NCBI GenBank assembly: GCA_048882325.1
Contig: JBHLRS010000004.1
Location: 70,425 to 134,424, forward strand
From: Candidatus Thorarchaeota archaeon
GTDB lineage: Archaea > Asgardarchaeota > Thorarchaeia > Thorarchaeales > Thorarchaeaceae
Length of the DNA stretch: 64,000 bases
Reading direction: 5' to 3'
Shown: in pieces, positions 39,384 through 47,732 of the stretch
Position numbering within the stretch: the first letter of the stretch is position 1
How the letters are laid out: every line of letters starts with the position of its first letter
Position numbers and translations under genes: made by a program
Notes under the pieces: model-generated
What the model was told of the DNA's origin: nothing
The model's database searches: none
Seen by the model: only the letters and a program-made list of their open reading frames with translations

Positions 39384-40343
39384 GTGAACATAGACCCACA
39401 ACTACCTTCAGATGCGTCAGATCATCCAACCAATCTAGTGAAGGGTTGTCCCTGCTATCGTGAATTTGGTGACGAAAAAGTCTGTCTTAACAATGACACT
39501 GTTTTTCCAATCAATGCCATCTCGGTCGACCCAGGATTTTTCCATCAACTGGACTCGAGAGATTCGTTACTAGAATTTCGAAGTGACAACATCAGCATGT
39601 GTTATCTTTTGATGTTCTTGGACAGGGCAGAGGGCTTTTGTTATTGCGTTAGTCAAAACCAACGAATCCGAATCAACGATAATGATATCAAAACCACTGA
39701 GATTGATGATGCACTGAAATTCGTTACGACCTCGGAGAAAAGCAGAGACGGTGTTCTTTGTTCTGATTGTCTCTATAGATACCTTAGAACCCTTGGTGAG
39801 AGCTCTGGGGGCTTTCTTACAGATGACGAACGCGAGGAAATTATTGCGACATATGTTCGGGAGCTTGCAACAAACATAGCAGTGCAACTGAGCATGTATG
39901 ATGGTAATAACAAGCAAATCAATTTCAACGAACATCTCTGGAGTTATCTAAGAGAAATCAATAGAAGCAGGTCACATTGGGCAGCAATGATTCTTAATCT
40001 GAAGAAATCAGGCGCAGAAAACGAGTTGATTGAACTGATTGATGCTTATAGAACTCTTGCACGATTGGAATCAGTCTTCTTATTCCAAGTACTATCTTTA
40101 GAAGATCCTTCCGAAGAAACGGACCCGCTTGGAGTTCTTCAATTCATGGTTGGAGTTTCTGAGAAAGTCATCAGTGTGAACAATTCAATCCGAGAAATGA
40201 CAAACAACCTCATTGAACGAAACGCGTTGCCTAGCAATATACATGAGATGCTTATGCAACATTCTGAAACAAGAAAGACAACGGAGTACAAGTTTAGCAA
40301 TCTCGTGTCTGCCCTCCACAACATCGACACACATACCACATAA
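39384..40343 (+). CDS. Uncharacterised Cys-rich protein (paralog A)
   Basis: GCPCY..FGDEK.C.NND, CY, YC.SQ, CSxCLY and a helical C-terminus. Confidence 0.75.
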   Translation: MNIDPQLPSDASDHPTNLVKGCPCYREFGDEKVCLNNDTVFPINAISVDPGFFHQLDSRDSLLEFRSDNISMCYLLMFLDRAEGFCYCVSQNQRIRINDNDIKTTEIDDALKFVTTSEKSRDGVLCSDCLYRYLRTLGESSGGFLTDDEREEIIATYVRELATNIAVQLSMYDGNNKQINFNEHLWSYLREINRSRSHWAAMILNLKKSGAENELIELIDAYRTLARLESVFLFQVLSLEDPSEETDPLGVLQFMVGVSEKVISVNNSIREMTNNLIERNALPSNIHEMLMQHSETRKTTEYKFSNLVSALHNIDTHTT

Positions 40344-40394
40344 TAACTGCTAAATGCCCTCCAATTGTAGTTAGGAGCGGTCCCGAAGAGCGAC

Positions 40395-41399
40395 TTGAGC
40401 GCGCAGTTGCTTGAGTTGGAGAAGAAGAACGTGTTAGACACAAGCGAGCAAAAGCAAAGGTCCAGCATCAAACTAGTTAGGGGGTGTCCCTGCTACAAGG
40501 TGTTTGGGGACGAGAAGCTATGTGTCAACAATGACAGTGTACTCGAGATTGAATCTATTGAGATAGATCCCTCAATCTTCTCATTTCACTATGACAAAGA
40601 CAGCATGAGGGAAGAGCGAGCTACTGAAGGTAATGTGTGCTACGCATCAATTTACATCAACTATCCAGACAACAAGGTCTACTGTATCTCACAAGGATGG
40701 GTTCTGAGAATCCATGGCAAGGATGTTCCGGGAAATGACTTGGAAGATGCAATGCAGTTTCTATCAACAAAGGAGATTACTAGTAGTGCTGAGATATGTT
40801 CGGAGTGTCTTTACAAGTTCATCCTTACATTGGGCGATACCTTTACGGATAACTTGACGGAGAAAGAAAAAACAGCTGAAGTGAAGAAATACGTGGACAA
40901 ATTCTCACTCATGATTGCTTTGAAACATAGCCAGACTGATAAAATGATGAAACCCATTGGTACAGAAGACGACATCGAGAACGGTGTAGACCATTTTCAG
41001 TTCCTCAGAACTTATCTGGTTCAACTTCTAGACCAACAGAACTATTGGACAGTACTAGGCAAAGAGCTTGAGAAGAATAATGCGGAAGACTGGGTGAAGA
41101 ATCTTGTATCGATGAGAGAAAGGCTTGCTAGATTGGAGTTCCAATTCTATAGCCAGACCCTGCAGCTCAGGGATATCAACGAGTTTAACATGCTTCTCAA
41201 GATGCTGCAATATGTTCTAAAGACATCTGATGAGATTATCGAACTGAATGAGAAGATACACGCTGAGATTCGGTCAGAAAGATTCTGTCAACGAGCTGAA
41301 AGGGATGACAAACTGGATGTCCTCGCAGGGTACGCTGACAAGAGTAGAACCATAGAACACAATTTTGGAAATATCCTGCAAATCCTCACAAAACTATAG
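40395..41399 (+). CDS. Uncharacterised Cys-rich protein (paralog B)
   Basis: Same conserved Cys pattern as the upstream paralog. Confidence 0.8.
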   Translation: MSAQLLELEKKNVLDTSEQKQRSSIKLVRGCPCYKVFGDEKLCVNNDSVLEIESIEIDPSIFSFHYDKDSMREERATEGNVCYASIYINYPDNKVYCISQGWVLRIHGKDVPGNDLEDAMQFLSTKEITSSAEICSECLYKFILTLGDTFTDNLTEKEKTAEVKKYVDKFSLMIALKHSQTDKMMKPIGTEDDIENGVDHFQFLRTYLVQLLDQQNYWTVLGKELEKNNAEDWVKNLVSMRERLARLEFQFYSQTLQLRDINEFNMLLKMLQYVLKTSDEIIELNEKIHAEIRSERFCQRAERDDKLDVLAGYADKSRTIEHNFGNILQILTKL

Positions 41400-41403
41400 A
41401 ACA

Positions 41404-42006
41404 TTAGACTGAGAATGTAGGATTGGAAAGAATCCGCTCTATGAATGTCTTAGAAGATGGATTCTTTTCTTCGCAATTCCATCTCTCGACAAATTCCTCA
41501 TACAATGCCAGTTCTTCTAGAACAACAACCGCAAGCTCCTGTAGCTCAGACACTTCAACTTCTGGTCCGGTTCCTAATCCGGGACAGATTGCTTTCTTTG
41601 CACTGAGTCCCCAGGTATGTTCACCATCTTTATCCCAAAAGACAAATGGGAATGACATACAAACAGCTGGTCTAATGGGATGAATCATACAAAGATCGTC
41701 TTTCAGAAAGATGCAATCTCCATTCTCTAGCTTCTTGAGTGCGATGTATGCAGGTCCTTGTTCAGTTTTGACAGCAGGAATGTCCAGAAGTCCCTTTGGT
41801 ATGTCATTCCCGGAAACTAGATAGAAATCAAGCGCCCTAATCACTTCGTTTGAATCAAGTTCAAGGCCCATCGAGATACGTGCTATATCGCGTCCAGTAA
41901 CTGTGACCAGCAAAGAGTTCTCTCTGCAACATGCTCCGCATTTTGTGCATTCAAACCGGATTGCATCACTCTTGGGATTCATGGAGAAATCCTCCAGACA
42001 TGACAA
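41404..42006 (-). CDS. YkgJ/CxxCxxCC-family cysteine-cluster protein
   Basis: FECTKCGACC, CIFL, C.IHPIRP.VC..FPF and CPGLG. Confidence 0.9.
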   Translation of the reverse strand: MSCLEDFSMNPKSDAIRFECTKCGACCRENSLLVTVTGRDIARISMGLELDSNEVIRALDFYLVSGNDIPKGLLDIPAVKTEQGPAYIALKKLENGDCIFLKDDLCMIHPIRPAVCMSFPFVFWDKDGEHTWGLSAKKAICPGLGTGPEVEVSELQELAVVVLEELALYEEFVERWNCEEKNPSSKTFIERILSNPTFSV

Positions 42007-42020
42007 CCCTCTCTCTGTAC

Positions 42021-43202
42021 CTAGAGGAGTGTTGAGAGAAACTCTGAGAGTCCTGAAAGACCTTCCTTTATCTCTGATATATCAGTTGCATATGAAAATC
42101 TAAGATGATTATCATACTTCGTTCCAAATGAGATTCCAGGTGTTGAAGTGACTCCAGTTTTCATGAGAATCAGCTCAGCCAACGTACTGCTACTGAGATT
42201 ATAAGCTGAGAAATCTGGAAACACATAGAAAGCACCCTTTGGTTTGAGACACTCGACACTTTCCATACTGCGGAAAATATTGGTGATAATATCTCGTCGT
42301 TTCTTATATTCTTCAATCATAATCTTGATCGAACTCTGGTCACCCTTCAATGCTTCAGAACCCGCATATTGAACAAACGATGTTGCACAAGAGGTTGTAT
42401 TCTGCTGAATTCGCACCATATTATTGATGGTTTCCTCATTACCAACTGCATATCCTAGTCGCCACCCAGTCATTGCGTATGTTTTAGAGAAACCATTGAT
42501 GACTAACGAGTGATCCAAATTAGGATCGATTTCCAACATTGATGTTTGTTTGAAACCGTCATAAACTAACATCTCATAGATTTCATCAGAGAAGACGACA
42601 AAATCGTAGTCTCTTGCGAGATCGTAAATCAATTTCATCTGATCCTTCTCAAGAATTCCACCAGTTGGATTATTTGGAGAGTTAATCACCAGGGCAGTTA
42701 CAGATTTTGAGCAACTACTCTTGAGAGTTTCTTCGTCAAACCGGTACCCCGGATGCGTTTCTACATCCACTGGTTTAGCTCCGACTGTTCTGATCATCAC
42801 ACGGTAGGTTGGCCAAGATGGTGACAGTAGGAGTACATCATCACCCTGATCGAGCGTGCTGAGGAACCCTTGAAAAAGAGCCATCTTTGCTCCTGGTGTC
42901 ACTATGACATTTTTTGAGCCATCAATAGAGATTCCTCGACCTGTATAGTGTTCTTGAATACCGTCAAGTAGTGGAGGAATACCTCTTGATGAAGTGTACC
43001 TAGTGAATCCATGATTTAGTGCTTCAATCCCCGCCTTGATGATATTATCAGGAGTTGGAAAATCAGGTTGACCAACCTCAAAGTGATATATTCGCTTCCC
43101 TTGAGATTCCAAACGTTTCGCTATTTCAAACATCTTGAGGGTACCGGATGCCGGAATTCGCTCCATGGTGTGAGATGTCCAGTCCATGTAAAACACCATC
43201 AT
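42021..43202 (-). CDS. aspC: Class I/II PLP aminotransferase (aspartate aminotransferase-like)
   Basis: GQPDF, NSPNNPTG, DEIY, SKTYAMTGWRLG and GAFY. Confidence 0.9.
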   Translation of the reverse strand: MMVFYMDWTSHTMERIPASGTLKMFEIAKRLESQGKRIYHFEVGQPDFPTPDNIIKAGIEALNHGFTRYTSSRGIPPLLDGIQEHYTGRGISIDGSKNVIVTPGAKMALFQGFLSTLDQGDDVLLLSPSWPTYRVMIRTVGAKPVDVETHPGYRFDEETLKSSCSKSVTALVINSPNNPTGGILEKDQMKLIYDLARDYDFVVFSDEIYEMLVYDGFKQTSMLEIDPNLDHSLVINGFSKTYAMTGWRLGYAVGNEETINNMVRIQQNTTSCATSFVQYAGSEALKGDQSSIKIMIEEYKKRRDIITNIFRSMESVECLKPKGAFYVFPDFSAYNLSSSTLAELILMKTGVTSTPGISFGTKYDNHLRFSYATDISEIKEGLSGLSEFLSTLL

Positions 43203-43283
43203 TAGAAGGTTGCAGACACCGTTTCAGGTGTTTCGAGGTCTACACCCTGCCTTTAACACAATGATAAACTCTTTCCTAATGAC

Positions 43284-44108
43284 CTATTTTCTGAGAAGCT
43301 GAGTCAGTTCTTCAATCTGATGCTCCGTACCTCTTACTGCAATCCGGTCTAGTAATGCCTCGCCCAGACCTAGAGAATGAGCTATTCTAAGATAGTCCAC
43401 CTTCATGGGATCAATACCAAGTAGAAAAGAGCAATACGAATCCACAGCTACAGGATCGGTTCCAACTATCACTCCTCCGACATGTTTCGATTGTCCATTT
43501 TCCCTGTTTCCTATGACGACTTTGGAAAGGTCAATCACTGTTAGATCTGGTCTATAGGCTAGGAGGAGGTCCATTAAGATTGGATTAATTGTTGAGTGAT
43601 AGACACTCTTGTCTAGCTCAGGCAAGAGTCCAAATAGGTTCTTGATTCCAGCACCCACCACACACACATCAGGTTCTGCTTTTAACGTGGCTATATTGAC
43701 CATGAAAGCGTTGGAGTGTAGAATTTGAGGCATTTTCCGTTCGTCAAAGTAATGCCCTGCAAATTTCACCTGAACCATATCATCATTTGAGAGGTTTACT
43801 AGTTCAATACCCATTTCTACAAATTCAGAATAACCAGATTTTGTGAATGCTTCCCTTGCAGTTCTCAGGGGATTATCGCTTTCTACAACAGTCACAGGTC
43901 CGAGAGACCTAAACATCTGAAAAATTCCAAGGACCATTCTCCAGTCGGTGTTTCCAGGCAGATCTGGATTATAAATCGAGGGTTTAATCACAACGCGAGT
44001 CACTTCATTAGGTGGGACAATGGGATGACTCAACTTAGATAGTGCTATTCTCAATGCTTCACTGGGGCTTCGCTTCAAGCCTACCGCAACTTCAGATTGA
44101 GACTCCAT
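43284..44108 (-). CDS. DUF362-domain protein
   Basis: VVIKP, LK...GIKNLFG and DPVAVD. Confidence 0.85.
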   Translation of the reverse strand: MESQSEVAVGLKRSPSEALRIALSKLSHPIVPPNEVTRVVIKPSIYNPDLPGNTDWRMVLGIFQMFRSLGPVTVVESDNPLRTAREAFTKSGYSEFVEMGIELVNLSNDDMVQVKFAGHYFDERKMPQILHSNAFMVNIATLKAEPDVCVVGAGIKNLFGLLPELDKSVYHSTINPILMDLLLAYRPDLTVIDLSKVVIGNRENGQSKHVGGVIVGTDPVAVDSYCSFLLGIDPMKVDYLRIAHSLGLGEALLDRIAVRGTEHQIEELTQLLRK

Positions 44109-44167
44109 AAGTCGTCATATCTGCTTTCCAAGGCTTTAAGTGAGTCCCTGTCTTCATTATCTGAGAG

Positions 44168-45199
44168 ATGAAGCTCACTGATGAACAACGAGAGAGATAC
44201 TCTCGTATGCTTGCACTTCGGGATTTTTCCGAGGAAGATATGGACACTATTATGAACACAACTGTTGCTGTACTAGGGGCCGGTGGTCTTGGCAGTCCGG
44301 CGCTTCGCCTACTTGCAGCCATTGGTTTCGGTAGAATAAGGATTGTAGACCGAGACATTGTTGAACTCTCAAACATTCAGAGACAGACAGTCTTCAACAC
44401 CGAAGATATTGGAAAACCAAAAGCCGAAGCTGCAGCAGATAATCTTGAACTAATGAACCCAGAGGTTCAATTTGACCCAATTTGTGTATCCATTGATGAT
44501 GATAACGCCATTGATGTGATAAAGGGAGCAGACATTATTGTCGATGGGCTAGACTCTTTCAGAGCTCGAAGGGCTTTAAACAAAGCGAGTCTGACACTAA
44601 AGATACCATATGTATTTGCAGGAGCTGTTGAGTACTACGCTAATCTCACAACTTTCATTCCTGGAAAGACAGGATGTCTCCAATGTGTGATGGGAGTAGC
44701 TGAAGATAATCCAGAGAATACATGTGCCCGAGTAGGAGTTTCTCCGACACTGCTCTCGTTTGCCGCATCGGTCGAAGCGAATGAGGCGCTGAAACTTGCT
44801 CTCGGTCGAAAGCCAGATCTGGCAAACCGTTTGATGACCATAGACACGAGTTCACTGAGTATAGATTTCTTCGAAATTGGAAAGGCAGAAGATTGTGAGG
44901 TTTGCTCCAAGCCTTTGAAGGAAACCTCGAGAATCGAGAGGGAACTCAGTGTTTCACAGCTTTGTTCACAAAGTTTCAATGTATCACCAGGAAAATTGAT
45001 GAAACTCGACCTAGACTCATTGGCAAGCAAATTGGATGCTACCTACTCTGTCGAGCGGCGAAAGCGTTTCCTCATTGTCAGTATAGAGCCGGAGATTCGC
45101 GTAACTGTCATGCCTGCTGGAAATATAATTGTGAAGGGTGTCACTGATGCTGACTCAGCCACGAAACTCTTCCAAGACATTCTAGGCAACGTAGATTAA
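44168..45199 (+). CDS. ThiF/MoeB/UbaA E1-like adenylyltransferase
   Basis: RYSR, GAGGLG, DRD.VELSNIQRQ, DGLD, two CxxC and a catalytic Cys (NTCARVG). Confidence 0.92.
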   Translation: MKLTDEQRERYSRMLALRDFSEEDMDTIMNTTVAVLGAGGLGSPALRLLAAIGFGRIRIVDRDIVELSNIQRQTVFNTEDIGKPKAEAAADNLELMNPEVQFDPICVSIDDDNAIDVIKGADIIVDGLDSFRARRALNKASLTLKIPYVFAGAVEYYANLTTFIPGKTGCLQCVMGVAEDNPENTCARVGVSPTLLSFAASVEANEALKLALGRKPDLANRLMTIDTSSLSIDFFEIGKAEDCEVCSKPLKETSRIERELSVSQLCSQSFNVSPGKLMKLDLDSLASKLDATYSVERRKRFLIVSIEPEIRVTVMPAGNIIVKGVTDADSATKLFQDILGNVD

Positions 45200-46092
45200 T
45201 CACCAAAGAAAAGTCTTCGAGCCCGACGTCTTCGCTCATCCTCGTCCTCGTCGCTCTCTGGTGGTGGAGGTGGAGCCGGAGGTTCTGTTATTGGTCCGGA
45301 GGAGTCTGAAGTTTCTTCATCTTCTGATACAACACTCTCAAATTCTTCAGTAGGAGGCTCGGGGGGTTCAGGTGTACTGACTTTATCAGACGACTCATCC
45401 ATTGACTCAATCTTCATCGGTGGGGGTAGCTCAACATCCTCATCACCCTCATCGAGTTCATGATCTTTCTCTGCTGGTGCAACTGCTTTTTCATAATCTG
45501 CCCACGTGAATGAAGGTTTGCTTTCAGTTTCCTCAGAAATCTCTTCTTCAACTTCCGGTTCCGCAATTGGTGGTTCTTCAACATCAGCAGGAGTTGAGTC
45601 AACCACAAGGTCTGTTGGTTCTACCAACTCAAAATCTGTGGAAAATTCCCGTTGTGGCCCATCTATTGACAAATCCTCGATTTCTTCTTCCTCAAGACGC
45701 CCGACACTATCTATACTAATTGAATCGCTTTCTGTTACGATTGGCACATCAGAAGAATCTGGAGATTTGTCCTCAGGTGTAAATTCGAAGGTCTCATCAG
45801 CAGGAATCTCCATCGTGGAACCTGCTTCATATCCTGATGGAACCTGTTCAACCTCCGATGTTTCGGTTGAGGATTCACCTTCCGCAAATTTGAGACCTAG
45901 ATCATCCTTTAAACAAGACTCACATCGCTTCGCCGCAGCTACTAGGCCATCATAAATGAAATCATCCAATGACTTGGCACGGTCTTCATTTCTTCGTGCC
46001 CACTTGATAAAGCTGTCAATCATGCGGAGAGCATCACGGACGCCCATCCAATATTCGTCTGTTCGTTTCTTCTCAGATTCCACTACTGACAC
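45196..46092 (-). CDS. Acidic, proline-rich low-complexity protein
   Basis: Small helical N-terminal domain with CxxC, a long D/E/P/S-rich region, PPAPPPPP and a terminal RRRRARRLFFGD. Confidence 0.75.
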   Translation of the reverse strand: MSVVESEKKRTDEYWMGVRDALRMIDSFIKWARRNEDRAKSLDDFIYDGLVAAAKRCESCLKDDLGLKFAEGESSTETSEVEQVPSGYEAGSTMEIPADETFEFTPEDKSPDSSDVPIVTESDSISIDSVGRLEEEEIEDLSIDGPQREFSTDFELVEPTDLVVDSTPADVEEPPIAEPEVEEEISEETESKPSFTWADYEKAVAPAEKDHELDEGDEDVELPPPMKIESMDESSDKVSTPEPPEPPTEEFESVVSEDEETSDSSGPITEPPAPPPPPESDEDEDERRRRARRLFFGD

Positions 46093-46137
46093 CGAACTGG
46101 AAAAAGCCAGAAACGAAAAAAAGCTTCGTGTTACGTG

Positions 46138-46704
46138 TCACTTCTTCTTCTTCTTCTTTGAGGCCTTCTTCTTCTTCTTGTCTTCTTCTTTCTTATCCTT
46201 CTTCTTCTCTTTCTCTTTCTTCTTCTTCTTCTTGTCTTTGGATTTTTGTTCCTTCTCCCTCTGAGCAAGGATTTCCTCAATTAGCTCATCAAATGTATGA
46301 TGAACCTCAGCTCGTTTGAACTCATCAAAGCTGGGTCCAATAGTGCACACACGGGTAGGAACCTTAGCGCCTAAATTCTCACGGATTTCGTTTCGGTATA
46401 CAGTTTCAATTTCAGGATCAGGGTCTCTCAACACAATAATCACAGCACTTGCGCCTTTGAAGGTCAAAGACAGAAGAATATCAAGCGCAGCATGCTTTGG
46501 TGACATGAAGACTGCCCGAACTTCAGAATCGTCTGTTGTGTGGTCAGCTGACACTATTCGTATTCCATCGACTTTCACAACTGGGTCAAATGTCGAGAGA
46601 ACATTCTCAAGGAGTGTGTCATCAGGACCTACAACTGTGATTTTGAAGAGATACTTTGATTTTGCCCTCTTCTGGGGCTTCTTCTTCTTGTCTGATAGTG
46701 TCAT
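46138..46704 (-). CDS. Rab/Ras-like pseudo-GTPase with polylysine tail
   Basis: YLFKITVVG, FKGASAVIIV and VHHTFDELIEEIL align with the Rab fold, but G1/G3/G4 are degenerate; K-rich tail. Confidence 0.65.
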   Translation of the reverse strand: MTLSDKKKKPQKRAKSKYLFKITVVGPDDTLLENVLSTFDPVVKVDGIRIVSADHTTDDSEVRAVFMSPKHAALDILLSLTFKGASAVIIVLRDPDPEIETVYRNEIRENLGAKVPTRVCTIGPSFDEFKRAEVHHTFDELIEEILAQREKEQKSKDKKKKKKEKEKKKDKKEEDKKKKKASKKKKKK

Positions 46705-46784
46705 CCAGTCAAACCCCCACACCTTCAGTGTCATCGTATGTGATAACTACTTGGGTGGCTCAGCAGTAGACATTATCGCAACTG

Positions 46785-47258
46785 TTGTTGATATGTCTTG
46801 TGTGCATTTTCACTCCTGTTGATTGTAGCCATAATTTAATAGGTAATCACCAAATGGAGCCGCAATCAGAAACCCGAAGACGAATCAACGGAGAGATTCA
46901 CTTGGAGAATAGAGACCTTGTCATCATCACAATTGGATTCATAATACTTGGACTTGGTGTCGCTCTATTGAATCGAGGAGATGGCACCTTCTTCTTTGTG
47001 TTCCCATTCTTCTTTGTAGGTGATCTCGCACCCATTCTTGCAGTAATCAGTCTCTTTGTCATGATGATGTGTTTCTGGTGGGTTAACAAGAGGTGGATTG
47101 AAGATGCAAGATTCGCTCAACCGCAAGGAAGACCAACCTACCTCCGCGTGAGCTCGATTTGTCAGTTTTGTGGTAATCCTATTCCCGAGAATGCAGCGTT
47201 TTGTTCAGCATGTGGAAATCCAGTAGAACGAACATTCGGAGAGGATCAACAATTCTAA
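46785..47258 (+). CDS. Membrane protein with C-terminal zinc ribbon (true start probably downstream)
   Basis: Two to three TM segments and CQFCG..IPENAAFCSACG. Confidence 0.75.
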   Translation: MLICLVCIFTPVDCSHNLIGNHQMEPQSETRRRINGEIHLENRDLVIITIGFIILGLGVALLNRGDGTFFFVFPFFFVGDLAPILAVISLFVMMMCFWWVNKRWIEDARFAQPQGRPTYLRVSSICQFCGNPIPENAAFCSACGNPVERTFGEDQQF

Positions 47259-47273
47259 CAGTGAGCGGATAAC

Positions 47274-47732
47274 ATGATTAGAAGAGCACGAATGGAAGAC
47301 CTCGATGATGTGATGAGAATTGAGCGGACTAGTTTTCCTGTAGCTTGGGAGTACACAATCTTCCTCAATATCTGCTTTCAGGATGGAGAAGTTGTTATAG
47401 ATGAATCGAGAATTCTCTTGATGGATGTTATAGAACAGAATAGTCATGTTATCGGTTATGCTGTATGGGAGATTGATACGAGAAAAGCGGAAGGGCATAT
47501 CCTCAATCTAGCTGTTGCTGTGAATGAACGAAGAAAAGGAAATGGGTCTAGAATATTGGCACACGTGATTGATCATCAAAAGACCAATCAGATTCGAAGG
47601 TGTTATCTCGAAGTTCGGGAAAGCAACGAACCAGCTAGGAAACTCTATGAGTCATATGGATTCTCAGCTACCAAGAAGATTCCGAGATATTACTTTGATG
47701 AGGATGCACTTGTTTACTCTCTGAATCTATGA
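47274..47732 (+). CDS. rimI: RimI-like N-terminal acetyltransferase
   Basis: IE..SF...W, GHILNLAV, RRKGNG, LEVRESN and YYFDEDA. Confidence 0.9.
   Translation: MIRRARMEDLDDVMRIERTSFPVAWEYTIFLNICFQDGEVVIDESRILLMDVIEQNSHVIGYAVWEIDTRKAEGHILNLAVAVNERRKGNGSRILAHVIDHQKTNQIRRCYLEVRESNEPARKLYESYGFSATKKIPRYYFDEDALVYSLNL

Noticed and set aside
44168-45199. E1 of a eukaryote-like ubiquitin operon
   Set aside because: No ubiquitin, E2, RING or JAB genes are adjacent, and the architecture fits a ThiF/MoeB-type enzyme.
46138-46260. (CTT)n-rich tract resembling a microsatellite or tandem repeat
   Set aside because: It is the coding sequence of the polylysine tail on the minus strand.
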